A stretch of DNA of 63,901 nucleotides from a bacterium (GCA_030425545.1 JAUIAC010000004.1:1-63901), one strand, 5' to 3'. Positions 9,430-19,812 are shown, counted from the first letter of the stretch. The notes: generated by a model not told the origin, from the letters alone. Program-made: numbers and translations.

Positions 9430-9469
9430 GACCTGGACCAACGCTGACCTGGACCAACAGTTGACCTGG
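9430..9469. repeat. three direct repeats of GACCTGG (two extended to GACCTGGACCAAC) at 16-17 nt spacing
   Basis: Copies lie at 9430-9442, 9446-9458 and 9463-9469, within the 1 kb divergent intergenic region. They sit about 145-180 nt upstream of the paralog C start. Confidence 0.8.
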
Positions 9470-10282
9470 TAGAGCTCGGTGAGAATCCGCCCGATGGGCG
9501 CACGCGAGCGCCGAACGGTAGCCAATACCCCTGTGAGCGTCAACAGAACAACAGGGTCACCCGACCCCGTCTCTGCCCCCCCACTTGCGGCGTGTGGGCG
9601 GCATCCGTCACACAAATCTCGACCGCTGCCCCGCGGGGCCAACACGCGCGCGCGGCGGTCCCAGAGGCGCTGGGGGCGCCACGCCAGCACCGGCAGCGCG
9701 CCGCCGCTGGCGACCGGCAAGCGACCGGGCGGTCCCCAGCGCCTACACGTATCTACACATCTGCCCCTGACATCCGGCCGCTTCGCCGACGCCAGGTGCT
9801 CCGCCGCGACCAGAGGGCGTGCCCGGGGACGTCACTGCTGGCGCGTCCGCGCGTTCGTCGGTGCGCCACGCGCGCGGGCGCCATGACGGGAACGTCCATG
9901 GCGACGCAATTGGGGAGGTGACAGGGGCCGCGACGCCGCGTCCGGGAATCGCTCCCCGTACGCGGGTCGGCAGGGTTGACTTTGACAAAGCGGCCCCCTG
10001 AGAATCAGCGCCCTTTGTGCGGCTTCGTCTGTCCAGACGCGTCGCTCGAGGCACCTCTGGTCTCTCCATCGCAGTGCCGCCAAGGCACCGAGAACAAAGC
10101 GGTCGTGAGGGAGCGGTGAGGCAACTCACCCCTCGCAAGCCCCGCGCGGAGAGCCGACGTGAAGCGAGGCCCGGCACCGGGTCTCAAGTGGGATCGCGCC
10201 GCAGCGGATGCGGCCGGACCATGGCGAGTCGCACCTCGCCTCCCTGCCGATGGTTCACCCGTGGCGACATCAGGAGCTCCCC

Positions 10283-12103
10283 GTGACCAAGCGCAACCTT
10301 GCGTCTTTCTTTCCCTCCACCCTCCTTCAGCGGCCTCGTCTGAGCTTGGGCGTGGGGCTGGCGATCGCCGGCACCCTGCTCGCTGGACTCCCGTCGTGTG
10401 ACTCCACCGCGAAGTTCAGCTTGCCCGACCGCAAGTTCAACGACGTGCAGGTGGTCTCTGGCTTCCCGGCGCACATCGACGACACCGGCACGATCGTCCG
10501 TGTCTGCGGCGCGCCGCTCGACGACAGCGATGTGCAGCTGTCGCCCAACGGGGTGGAGTTCAACCTGAACTTCGTCTCCACGGAGCTGAAGAGCCCGCTC
10601 TGCGACGGCGATCGCGACCAGAGCATCAAGGAAGGTGAGCTCATCGAGCTGACCCGCGTTCGGGCCTCCGGGTCCAACAGCACCGTCGGTCCGAACAACT
10701 TCCAGATCAGCCTCAACTGCATCGAGCCCCGTGGCGTGCCCGGCGCTGCGTGCACCACCGGCATCGCCGGGCAGGCGCTGACGCCGGCCGCGGTCAACTA
10801 CGTCAGCCTGGCGGGACGCTGCGACCCCTCGCGCGAAGACACCCGCCTCAACGTGGCGCTGGTGCTCGACCACTCCGGCTCGGTCTCCGGCTTCATTGAC
10901 GGCAAGACCAACAAGGAAGACAACCCGGCCAAGCGCATCCCGCCCGAGACGCTGAAGCCCTCGGACCCGAGCAACTCGCGCATCCCCGCCGCCGAGTTCT
11001 TCGTCGAGAGCCTCAACGCGCGCGACCGCCTCATCGGCTACTACTTCAACGAGAAGGTGAACGTGCAGGTCGCGGGCAGCGACAACATCACGTGCGTCGG
11101 CGGCTCCAAGGACGGCAAGAAGTGCGTCCAGGACTCGGACTGCCCTGGCGGCAGCGGCTGCTTCTCGGGCGGCGCGTCCGACGGCGACAGCTTCGAGGTG
11201 CTCAGCCTCAGCGACCAGCAGAAGAAGGCCTTCGGCTCCAACGCCGCGAGCCGCAAGTACCTGCTGGCCGCGCTCGACGACAAGGTGAAGTACGGCGGCG
11301 AGGGCCGGTCCAACGTGTGGGACGCCATCGACACCTCGTACGCGCACCTCAAGGACAACATCCCCACCGGCGTGCGCCACGTGGTGGTGCTCACCGACGG
11401 GCCCGAGACCTGCAGCCACGGCGAGGACTTCACCTACGTGGGCAGCGACGGCAAGTGCCGGTCGCCGTGCCTCAACGCGCAGCAGTCCTACGAGGCCCTG
11501 CGCAAGCGCATGTACGAGGACGGCTACCCGGTGGTCGTGCACATCGTGCAGTTCCAGGCCCAGGGCTACCGCGAGCCCGACGCCAAGCTGCAGGAGCTCG
11601 CGTGCCGCACCGGCGGCACCTACCAGTTCATCAACACCCAGGAGATGAACCTGAGCGACGGTCAGGTGATCTCGAGCGCGCTGCGCCGCGCCATGGCCCG
11701 TGTCCGCTACGCCCTCTCCGGTTCGTGGCGCGTCGGCCTGCGCCTCGGCAAGAAGGACGAGGCCATGCCTGAGGTCAAGACCGGCCTGATGCACGCGGCC
11801 GACGGCTTCATCAAGGTGCAGAACGAGAACTTCCCGAGCCTCGAGCAGGTCTACGCCACGCTCACGTCGTGGAAGTTCGGCCCCGAGAGCGGCAACGAGG
11901 ACCGGCGCGTCCTCTTCCGCAAGGGCTGCAAGACCCACGCAGACTGCGGCGGCACCGACGAGTGCGGCGCCAACCACTGCAGCGTCGACGGCACCTGCGT
12001 CGCCGGCGCCGCGCCGGACAAGCTGCCCTGCGGCCCGGCTGGCCAGGGTCAGGTCTGCTGCAGCGGCGTCTGCAGCGCTGACTGCGCGTCCGCCTGCAAC
12101 TGA
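10283..12103 (+). CDS. von Willebrand factor A (vWA) domain lipoprotein with Cys-rich C-terminus
   Basis: The GTG at 10283 follows AGGAG by 6 nt; ATG 10250 and ATG 10208 are alternatives. The signal ends LLAGLPSC (lipobox). MIDAS-like residues are LVLDHSGSVSG and VVVLTDG. The C-terminus is CKTHADCGGTDECGANHCSVDGTCV...CCSGVCSADCASACN. Confidence 0.85.
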   Translation: MTKRNLASFFPSTLLQRPRLSLGVGLAIAGTLLAGLPSCDSTAKFSLPDRKFNDVQVVSGFPAHIDDTGTIVRVCGAPLDDSDVQLSPNGVEFNLNFVSTELKSPLCDGDRDQSIKEGELIELTRVRASGSNSTVGPNNFQISLNCIEPRGVPGAACTTGIAGQALTPAAVNYVSLAGRCDPSREDTRLNVALVLDHSGSVSGFIDGKTNKEDNPAKRIPPETLKPSDPSNSRIPAAEFFVESLNARDRLIGYYFNEKVNVQVAGSDNITCVGGSKDGKKCVQDSDCPGGSGCFSGGASDGDSFEVLSLSDQQKKAFGSNAASRKYLLAALDDKVKYGGEGRSNVWDAIDTSYAHLKDNIPTGVRHVVVLTDGPETCSHGEDFTYVGSDGKCRSPCLNAQQSYEALRKRMYEDGYPVVVHIVQFQAQGYREPDAKLQELACRTGGTYQFINTQEMNLSDGQVISSALRRAMARVRYALSGSWRVGLRLGKKDEAMPEVKTGLMHAADGFIKVQNENFPSLEQVYATLTSWKFGPESGNEDRRVLFRKGCKTHADCGGTDECGANHCSVDGTCVAGAAPDKLPCGPAGQGQVCCSGVCSADCASACN

Positions 12104-12198
12104 GCGAGCGCTCCACCGGGCCGCGCGTGGCGCGGCCCGGTGCGGTGCGCACCCCGTCGCGGCGAGAGCGCCCGACACTGCTGAGGAGAACTCACCCG

Positions 12199-12960
12199 AT
12201 GCATCACTCCAGGATCGCACGCCGCCGTAGGGCGACGCCCCTGACGACCACGATCGCCACCGCGTTGGCCCTCGTGTTCGCGGTCAGCGCCACGGCCGCC
12301 ACCGCGCAGGCCAAAGAGAAGGACTTCCGTCAGCCCATCGACCATGAGCTGGAGAAGTACTGGAACGTCGAGCTCGCCGTGCCCACGCTGACCAACCCGG
12401 CGTACACGCACAAGGGCGCGCTCGAGGGCACCATCGGCATCGGCCTCGTCCCCAACGACTCGTACTACCTGCCGCTGCCCATCACGCTGCGCGGCACGTA
12501 CCACATGACCGAGTCGCTGGCGCTGGAGCTCTCCGGCAGCTACCTGGGGCTCGGCGCCAACAGCGACCTGCACGCGTTCTTGCTCGACGCCAACGGCATC
12601 AACCTGCTCGACGGCGCGCGCAACCCCGCCCAGATGTGGATGTCGGCCGCCATCGACCTGATGTACAGCCCCTTCCACGGCAAGCTCGGTGTGTTCGACC
12701 AGAAGATCTCGAGCTTCGACATCGCCCTGGTCGCGGGCGCAGGCATGATCGCCGCGAACATCGACGAGACCCCGGAGAACGCGAAGGACGAGCTCACGAG
12801 CACCTTCCTGCCGGCGGGTCACTGGGGCGTCACGCTCCGCTTCTTCCTGAAGGAGTGGCTGACCGTGCGGGCCGACTACCGTCAGTTCGTCTACAAGCCC
12901 TACGACTCCGCGCTCTTCCCCGTCGAGATGACGGTGGGAGTCTCGTTCTTCTCGAAGTGA
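12199..12960 (+). CDS. small outer-membrane beta-barrel protein (GltA/B-NfsA/B-like, myxobacterial OMP type)
   Basis: The ATG at 12199 follows GAGGAG. The signal peptide ends ATAQA. Alternating hydrophobic strands are visible, and the C-terminus is MTVGVSFFSK. It is paralogous to the next gene (shared motifs GxVPND, HGKxGxFD, DYRQFxY). Confidence 0.8.
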   Translation: MHHSRIARRRRATPLTTTIATALALVFAVSATAATAQAKEKDFRQPIDHELEKYWNVELAVPTLTNPAYTHKGALEGTIGIGLVPNDSYYLPLPITLRGTYHMTESLALELSGSYLGLGANSDLHAFLLDANGINLLDGARNPAQMWMSAAIDLMYSPFHGKLGVFDQKISSFDIALVAGAGMIAANIDETPENAKDELTSTFLPAGHWGVTLRFFLKEWLTVRADYRQFVYKPYDSALFPVEMTVGVSFFSK

Positions 12961-13055
12961 GTCACGCCCCGCGGCGCGCCTTCGGACCCCAGGTCCTCGG
13001 GCCCCGCACCGCGCCCGACTACGCCACGCTCTCAAGCCAACTTGAGGTTCTGCAG

Positions 13056-13934
13056 ATGACCAGCCATCGCCTCCTCGCCGCCTTCGCAGCGGTCGCGCTC
13101 CTCGCCAGCCCGGCAGCCGCGCAGCAGCCCCCCGCCGACGGGGGAGCCGCCCCTGAGGCCGCCGCCCAGCCCGCCGCGCCTGCGGCAGCTCCGGCCGCCG
13201 CCCCAGCCGCCGCTCCGGCAGCAGCGCCCGCCGCCGACAAGCCCGCGCCCGCCGAGGCCGCCCCGGCGGTCGGTGGTGGCATGCAGGCCTACGGCGTCAC
13301 CGACGAGGCCGTGCCGGTCGGCGCGCGCCTCGAGTGGGCCAAGCGCCGCAAGCTCAAGGTCATCCAGAAGCGCGACGTGCTGAAGCAGGGGCGCCACGCC
13401 TTCTCGCTCATCGGCGGCGTCGTCCCCAACGACGACTTCTTCGCCTACATCAACACGGGCCTCGCCTACTCCTACTACTTCTCCGAGGACATCAACCTCG
13501 AGGTCCGCGGCGCCTACACCGTGCCGCAGAAGACCAGCCTCGAGGGCAGCCTGAGCGCGCCGCGCCCCGAAGGCCCTGGCCTCGACGTGCGGCTGCCCCA
13601 GACCCTCAACGCGCACTTCTCCGTGGCCGCGATGTGGAACCTGGTGCACGGCAAGATCGGCTTCTTCGACACCAAGCTGACCGAGTTCGACCTCGGCCTC
13701 AGCTTCGGCATCGGCGCGCTGATGACGGAGATCCAGGGCAAGGCCAAGGAGCAGAACGAGAAGAAGTTCGACGCGCAGGGCAACATCGGCCTCACGTGGC
13801 ACTTCTACCTCTCGCAGCGCTGGGCGTTCCGCGTGGACTACCGGCAGTTCTTCTACCCGAAGGAGGGGGGCGGCGTGTCCTTCCCCATCGCGGCCTCCGC
13901 AGGCCTGACCTTCTTCACCGCGCCGTTGGACTAG
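13056..13934 (+). CDS. small outer-membrane beta-barrel protein, paralog of the preceding gene, with Ala/Pro-rich linker
   Basis: The start MTSHRLLAAFAAVALLASPAAAQ is a signal peptide. A PAAPAAAPAAAPAAAPAAAP linker follows. Then come GGVVPNDDFF, VHGKIGFFDTKLTEFDL and RVDYRQFFYP, ending AGLTFFTAPLD. Confidence 0.8.
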   Translation: MTSHRLLAAFAAVALLASPAAAQQPPADGGAAPEAAAQPAAPAAAPAAAPAAAPAAAPAADKPAPAEAAPAVGGGMQAYGVTDEAVPVGARLEWAKRRKLKVIQKRDVLKQGRHAFSLIGGVVPNDDFFAYINTGLAYSYYFSEDINLEVRGAYTVPQKTSLEGSLSAPRPEGPGLDVRLPQTLNAHFSVAAMWNLVHGKIGFFDTKLTEFDLGLSFGIGALMTEIQGKAKEQNEKKFDAQGNIGLTWHFYLSQRWAFRVDYRQFFYPKEGGGVSFPIAASAGLTFFTAPLD

Positions 13935-14018
13935 CGGGCGACACCGCGCCGCATCGTCGGCGCGGGCCGCCGACCGCACCCCACGACCGCACACGACATC
14001 CGCCCTTCGGAGCGACCC

Positions 14019-15947
14019 ATGAAGACCTGGTCCACCCCTACTCTCTGCCTCCGCACGCTGCGCGGCGCCGCCCTGGCGCTGGCGCTCGGCGTCACGCTGC
14101 TGGCCGCTCCCGACGCGAGCGCGCTGACGGTCGACGAGGTCATCACGCTGGTGAAGCTCGAGATCCCGGACGCGCAGATCATCAAGAAGATCGACAAGGA
14201 CGGCTCGACCTTCAAGCTGAAGCCCTCCGAGATCCTCAAGCTCAAGAAGCAGGGCGTCAGCGACAAGCTGATCCGCTACATGCTCGCCACCGCCAGCCGC
14301 AAGCCGGGCGCCACGGGCGGGACGGTCACCGCCAAGCCCGCCGCCGAGAAGCCGAAGCGCGAGCTCACCGCCGCCGAGAAGGCCGCGGAAGAGGCGCGGA
14401 TGAAGGAAGAGGCGCTCCGCCTCGCCGAGGAGCAGCGCTCCCGCGAGGAGGGCCAGCGCAAGGCCTTCGCCGGCAAGGTGCTCAAGCGGGGCCAGACCCT
14501 CGCCAAGTCGGGCCGCTGGGTCGAGGCCGTGCAGGTCTTCACCAAGTTCGTCAACGACGGCGTCGGCGGCGTGCCCTTCGCGCCGGACTCCAACGAGGCC
14601 TACATCGCGACCTACGGCATCGCCAACGCCCTCGCCCGTGCCGGTCTGCTGCAGTCCGCCGCCAACAAGCTGCTCGAGGTGGTGCGCGCCGGTCCGGAGA
14701 AGCTCTTCTTCCAGGAGGCCTTCGAGCAGCTGCGCCAGCTCCGCCGCAAGATCAACTACCGGCCGCCGGAGCTCGAGGACCTGACCCGCTTCTCGGTCGT
14801 CGGCAAGCCCAAGCCCTTCCAGGACTCGTTCCACTACTTCGTCGGTGAGTTCCTGCACGACTTCGGTCTGAGCACCGAGGCCATCCCCTACCTCGAGAAG
14901 GTCTCCACCAAGGGCAAGGACTACCCCCGCGCCCAGTACCTGCTCGGCCTCGTCGCCTTCCAGGACGAGTCGCTGGGGGTCGCGGACAAGGTCCGCCGCG
15001 CTGCCACCGCCTTCCAGAACGCGGTCGTCGCCGGCGAAGAGACCAAGAACCAGGGCATGGTCGACCTGAGCTACCTGGCCCTGGCGCGCCTGGCCTACAC
15101 CTACCGTCAGTACGACGCCGCCATCTTCTACTACCGCAAGATCTCCAAGAACTCGCCGAAGATCGCGCGCGCCTTCTACGAGAGCGGCTGGTCCTACTTC
15201 CTCAAGAACGACATCAGCCGCGCGCTGGGCATCTTCCACGCCCTGCACAGCCCCTACTTCAAGCACCACTTCTACCCGGAGCTGTGGATCCTCGAGGCGA
15301 CGATCTACGTCAACACCTGCAACATCACCGAGGCGACTGAGGCCATCAAGCGCTTCCAGAGCGACGTGCTCGTGCTCGGTCCGCCGCTGCGCGACTTCCT
15401 CAAGCGCAACCGCCGCCCCGAGCAGTTCTTCCAGGGCGTCGTCGCCGCGGTGAACACGCCCAAGACCGCGACCCTGCCGCGCAAGCTCGTGAGCCCGGTC
15501 CTACAGAACGTCGAGTTCTACAACCTCTACAAGACGGTCAAGCAGATCGAGCGCGAGGAGCGCAAGATCAAAGGTCGTCTGCAGCGTCTCGGTGGCTTCG
15601 GCCAGGAGCTGCTCGCCAAGCTCGGCCAGCTCAAGGGCGAGCGCATCGCCGAGGCGGGCGTGGTGGTGCAGCGCACCCTGCGTCAGGTCCAGAAGGAGAT
15701 CGGCGAGTACCAGGACCGGCTGGACGAGCTCAAGATCGACCTCGAAGAGAAGAAGCTGCAGGCCCTCGACGACAAGATCGCGCAGACCGAGAACAAGAAG
15801 AAGCTCGGCAAGACCGTCGAGCAGCAGGGCGCCGTGGCCATCGCCGGCTCCGACAGCATGGTGTGGCCCTTCGAGGGCGAGTTCTGGAAGGACGAGATCG
15901 GCTCGTACCGGTCCTTCCTCAAGAGCAAGTGCACGGAGGACCGCTAG
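14019..15947 (+). CDS. secreted TPR-like helical-repeat protein with C-terminal coiled coil (GltC/NfsC position)
   Basis: GGAG lies 6 nt upstream of the ATG. The signal peptide ends PDASA. TPR-like segments include YLALARLAYTYRQYDAAIFYYRKI and AFYESGWSYFLKND. Confidence 0.85.
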   Translation: MKTWSTPTLCLRTLRGAALALALGVTLLAAPDASALTVDEVITLVKLEIPDAQIIKKIDKDGSTFKLKPSEILKLKKQGVSDKLIRYMLATASRKPGATGGTVTAKPAAEKPKRELTAAEKAAEEARMKEEALRLAEEQRSREEGQRKAFAGKVLKRGQTLAKSGRWVEAVQVFTKFVNDGVGGVPFAPDSNEAYIATYGIANALARAGLLQSAANKLLEVVRAGPEKLFFQEAFEQLRQLRRKINYRPPELEDLTRFSVVGKPKPFQDSFHYFVGEFLHDFGLSTEAIPYLEKVSTKGKDYPRAQYLLGLVAFQDESLGVADKVRRAATAFQNAVVAGEETKNQGMVDLSYLALARLAYTYRQYDAAIFYYRKISKNSPKIARAFYESGWSYFLKNDISRALGIFHALHSPYFKHHFYPELWILEATIYVNTCNITEATEAIKRFQSDVLVLGPPLRDFLKRNRRPEQFFQGVVAAVNTPKTATLPRKLVSPVLQNVEFYNLYKTVKQIEREERKIKGRLQRLGGFGQELLAKLGQLKGERIAEAGVVVQRTLRQVQKEIGEYQDRLDELKIDLEEKKLQALDDKIAQTENKKKLGKTVEQQGAVAIAGSDSMVWPFEGEFWKDEIGSYRSFLKSKCTEDR

Positions 15948-16091
15948 GCCTGGCCGGCTCCGCGGCGCGACCCTGTCGTGCTGTCCGAGTCCCAGTGAGC
16001 GTGTCCTGAATTGAATCGATGCCGTCCCCGCTCCGTCTACGCCTCTGAGGCGAGACCACGAGGGGGGAGGGCGAGCGAGAGGAAAAGCGAG

Positions 16092-19000
16092 ATGACCAGC
16101 CCCTTCATGGCGCGCTTGCACGCGACATCCCCGGCTTCAGCTCTGGCGACAGCGGCCTTCGTGGCCGCCGCCTGCCTCCCCGGAGTCGCGCTCCTGACGC
16201 CCGCCGACGCGGTCGCCCAGGCGCCAGTCGACGTTGGCGTCGGCGCAGCGAAGAAGAAGGCCGACAAGAAGAAGTCGCTCTTCAACGACACGCTGAAGAA
16301 GGAGAAGAAGAAGAAGCCCAAGGAGGACCCGAACGCGGTCAAGAAGGGCGGCTTCAACTACGAGAAGCTCGAGCAGCTCTCCTTTGACGCCCGCGCCCGC
16401 CAGCTGCAGGCCCGCAAGTCGCAGACGCGCCAGAACCTGATCAAGACCATGGAGCGCCTGATCCAGCGCAAGGGCGGCGGCGGCGCGCGCTACTCGCGCA
16501 TGGCCAGCATTTACTTCCGCCTGGCGGAGACCTACTGGGGCGAGACGCACTACCAGTACTTGCTCGCGCGCGACAAGTACAACAAGGAGATGGAGGCCTT
16601 CGAGAAGAAGATCCGCTCCACCAAGCCCACCGAGCCGGTCGAGAACTACCAGAAGTCCATCGAGTACTACGAGAAGGTCCTGCAGCAGTTCCCGAACTAC
16701 AAGCGCATCGACGAGGTGCTCTACCGCCTCGGTAAGGCCGCGCTGAGCCAGGGCAAGGCCCTCGGCGACAAGGTGCTGAGCAACAAGGGCGTGCAGTACC
16801 TCAACCAGCTCGTGCAGAAGCACCAGAGCAGCCGCTACATCGCCAACGCCCACCTGGCGCTCGCAGAGCACTTCTTCGACAGCAACAACCTCACGCTGGC
16901 GAAGATGAACTACGAGCAGATCGTCCAGAACTACAAGCGCTCGCCGATGTTCAACTACGCCCTCTACAAGCTGGGCTGGGTGTACTTCAACCTCCGCGAG
17001 TTCCGCCGCACGGTCGAGACCTTCCAGGCCGTGGTGCGCGAGATCTCCAAGCTCAAGGGCAAGGCGCTCAGCTTCAAGGAGCAGGCCCTCAAGGACCTGG
17101 TGCCCGCCTACGCCGAGCTCGAGCGCGGCTGGCCCGAGGCCAAGGCCTACTTCGCCAAGGTCGAGGGGGAGAAGCAGATGTGGGTGCGCCTCGAGCGCCT
17201 GGCCCGCATCTACGTCGCCAACGACAAGCAGGACCTCGCCATCGAGCTCCACAGCCACTTCATCGACAGCAAGCCGACGGACGCCCGCTGCGTCGAGTGG
17301 TGGGAGACCATCATCGACATCTACCTCAGCCTCGAGGAGTTCAAGGGCATCGAGGGGGCGATTCGCAAGTTCCTGGCCTTCACCGACGAGCGCACCAGCG
17401 CCTGGGTCGCGGCCAACAAGAACAACGAAGACGCCATGGAGAAGGCCCGCGAGTTGGGTGAGAAGTACCTGCTCTACATGAGCAACCACTTCCACCAGAA
17501 GGCGCAGAAGGTCGAGGACGAGACCAAGAGCCTCGACGCCGCCAAGCCCTTCTACGAGAAGGCCGCGTTCGACTACAAAGAGTTCGTCCGCCGCTACCCC
17601 AACAGCAAGAAGGCGTACATCGTCCAGTTCTACTACGCCGAGATCCTCTACCTGCAGCTCAAGCAGTTCGACGCTGCGCGCAAGCAGTACGTCCGCGTCA
17701 TCGAGCTCGACCGCAAGGGTGAGTTCCTCGAGGACGCGGCGCTGGGTGTCATCTACTCGGTGGAGCAGCTGCTGCACCAGACCCGCGCCCGCTACGACTA
17801 CGACAAGAAGGCCTGGATCCCCGACGCCACGGCGCCGCCGCTGCTCGCCATCGAGACCACGGACGGCAAGTCGTCGGTGAAGACCACGAAGAAGAAGAAG
17901 GACGACCTCGTCAGCGAGGAGGAGATCAAGCAGGCCCAGGTGCCGAAGAAGCGCCAGGAGCTGCATCCCCTCGAGAAGGACTACGTCAACGCCGCCGACA
18001 AGTACGTCGAGCTCATGGAGTCGCTCAAGAAAGAGAAGGGCGAGAAGTGGATGCGCAAGAAGAAGAAGGGCAAGGACGTGCCTGGCATCATGTACCTCGC
18101 CGCGGCGACCTACTACGAGCGGGGCCAGTACCCCGAGGCCATCCAGCGTCTGGAGATCGTCTACCGCTACGACGGCAAGCGCATCGAGTCCGAGATCGCG
18201 GTCAAGACCCTCATCGACATCTACGCCCGCCAGAAGAACTGGGTGAAGATCGAGGAGTGGGCCCGCAAGATGCTCGACCGCCGCAAGAACAAGCTCTTCA
18301 AGAAGAAGGATCTGCGGAAGTACGTCGCCATCAGCGTCGGCGAGCAGGCCCGCGAGCTGGCCGAGCGCAAGGACTTCGACGGTGCGCACGCCAAGTACGA
18401 CACCATCCTCCGCGAGTTCCGCCGCGACGAGCCCGAGCTGGCCGCCGTCTCGCTCTTCAACAAGGCCGCCATCTACGAGATCCAGAAGGAGGAGAAGAAG
18501 GCGATTCAGACCTACGAGCGCGTCGTGAAGGAGTTCAAGAAGTCCAAGGTCGCGCCGGAGGCCATGTTCAACATCGGCATGATCTACGAGGCCCAGACGC
18601 AGTTCCAGGAGGCCGCCGACTCGTTCCTGAAGATGGCCAAGATCCGCAAGAACGCGGACGCGGCCCAGGCGCTCATCAACGCCGGCTCCATCCTCAAGGC
18701 GCTTCGCCAACACGACCAGGCGGTCAAGGCCTTCACAGCCTTCGTCAAGCTCGCGCCGAAGATCGAAGACGGCCCCGACACCGCCCGTCTCAAGGCGCTC
18801 ATCCCTGACGCCAACCTGGAGATCGGGCGCGTCTGGGAGGCCGCCGGCAACATCAAGAAGGCGATGAAGGCCTACGGCACGGTGGCGAAGAAGTTCAAAG
18901 GACGTCCCGACCTGCAGGTCGAGGCCCTGGGCCGCATGCTCAAGCTCTACGTCGACGCCGACAAGGGCGCCAAGCGTCCGCGCAACAAGAAGAAGATCGT

Positions 19001-19721
19001 CAAGGCGATCACCAAGATCCAGGAGGCCTTCAAGCAGCCTGGCGCGCGCAAGGGCAACGCGGCGTACTACTTCGCCATGGGCCTCTTCCAGAGCGCTGAG
19101 TTCCTCTACAACGACTTCGCCAAGCTGACGCTGAAGAACGTGAAGAACGCCAAGGGCCTCAAGCCCATGCTCGAGAAGCAGGCCATCGCGCTCAAGGCGG
19201 CGGAGAAGTCGTACTTCGGGGTCATCGACGCCACCGCGGCGGGTCAGGGCAAGGACTTCGCTGCGTGCGCCGCCTTCAAGGTCGGCCTCATGTACTTCAA
19301 CTTCAAGGAAGACCTCTTCAACGCGCCGCTGCCCAAGCAGGTCGAGCGCGCCGTCGACGCGGGCTTCTACGAGGTCGAGGAGCGCTACCGTCAGGCCATC
19401 GAGCAGGTCGCCGCGCCCATCGAAGAGCAGTCCCTCGTCGCCCTCCGCGGCGCGATCCGGACCGCGCACAACCTCGGCGCCTACAACCGCTGCTCCCGCC
19501 AGGCGGGCGAGTACGCGGCCAAGGTCAACCCCGAGGAGTACCCGACGGTGGAGAAGGACCCGAACCTGCCCAAGGCGACCACGGCGCTGAACTCGAACAA
19601 GACGACGACCACGTCGACCTCGGCCGCGTTCATCACGCGTGTCCGTCGCGGCAAGTTCACCGTCGACTTCAAGCCCAGCAACATCCAGGTGAAGCAGAAG
19701 AAGGCGGCCAAGCGCCAGTAG
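16092..19721 (+). CDS. large (1,209 aa) secreted TPR-repeat protein with Lys-rich N-terminal region (GltD/NfsD size and position)
   Basis: The ATG at 16092 follows GAGAGGAAAAG. The signal ends PADAVAQA. A KKKADKKK...KKEKKKKPKED tract follows. Many TPR-like units are present (YYEKVLQQFPNYKRIDEVLYRLGKA, etc.). Confidence 0.85.
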   Translation: MTSPFMARLHATSPASALATAAFVAAACLPGVALLTPADAVAQAPVDVGVGAAKKKADKKKSLFNDTLKKEKKKKPKEDPNAVKKGGFNYEKLEQLSFDARARQLQARKSQTRQNLIKTMERLIQRKGGGGARYSRMASIYFRLAETYWGETHYQYLLARDKYNKEMEAFEKKIRSTKPTEPVENYQKSIEYYEKVLQQFPNYKRIDEVLYRLGKAALSQGKALGDKVLSNKGVQYLNQLVQKHQSSRYIANAHLALAEHFFDSNNLTLAKMNYEQIVQNYKRSPMFNYALYKLGWVYFNLREFRRTVETFQAVVREISKLKGKALSFKEQALKDLVPAYAELERGWPEAKAYFAKVEGEKQMWVRLERLARIYVANDKQDLAIELHSHFIDSKPTDARCVEWWETIIDIYLSLEEFKGIEGAIRKFLAFTDERTSAWVAANKNNEDAMEKARELGEKYLLYMSNHFHQKAQKVEDETKSLDAAKPFYEKAAFDYKEFVRRYPNSKKAYIVQFYYAEILYLQLKQFDAARKQYVRVIELDRKGEFLEDAALGVIYSVEQLLHQTRARYDYDKKAWIPDATAPPLLAIETTDGKSSVKTTKKKKDDLVSEEEIKQAQVPKKRQELHPLEKDYVNAADKYVELMESLKKEKGEKWMRKKKKGKDVPGIMYLAAATYYERGQYPEAIQRLEIVYRYDGKRIESEIAVKTLIDIYARQKNWVKIEEWARKMLDRRKNKLFKKKDLRKYVAISVGEQARELAERKDFDGAHAKYDTILREFRRDEPELAAVSLFNKAAIYEIQKEEKKAIQTYERVVKEFKKSKVAPEAMFNIGMIYEAQTQFQEAADSFLKMAKIRKNADAAQALINAGSILKALRQHDQAVKAFTAFVKLAPKIEDGPDTARLKALIPDANLEIGRVWEAAGNIKKAMKAYGTVAKKFKGRPDLQVEALGRMLKLYVDADKGAKRPRNKKKIVKAITKIQEAFKQPGARKGNAAYYFAMGLFQSAEFLYNDFAKLTLKNVKNAKGLKPMLEKQAIALKAAEKSYFGVIDATAAGQGKDFAACAAFKVGLMYFNFKEDLFNAPLPKQVERAVDAGFYEVEERYRQAIEQVAAPIEEQSLVALRGAIRTAHNLGAYNRCSRQAGEYAAKVNPEEYPTVEKDPNLPKATTALNSNKTTTTSTSAAFITRVRRGKFTVDFKPSNIQVKQKKAAKRQ

Positions 19722-19812
19722 TCCACTGCGAGGGCGGCGGGCTCACCCGCCGCTAAGGCCGCCGCTAGCGTCCGCACACCCAGCGCGACGACACAGTTTT
19801 CGAGGGATCATC

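Noticed and set aside
12636-13055. An upstream extension of the second OMP gene (ORF 12636..13934) overlaps the first OMP gene.
   Set aside because: The extension is out of frame with, and overlaps, a well-supported CDS. The real start is the Met at 13056, which begins a typical signal peptide.
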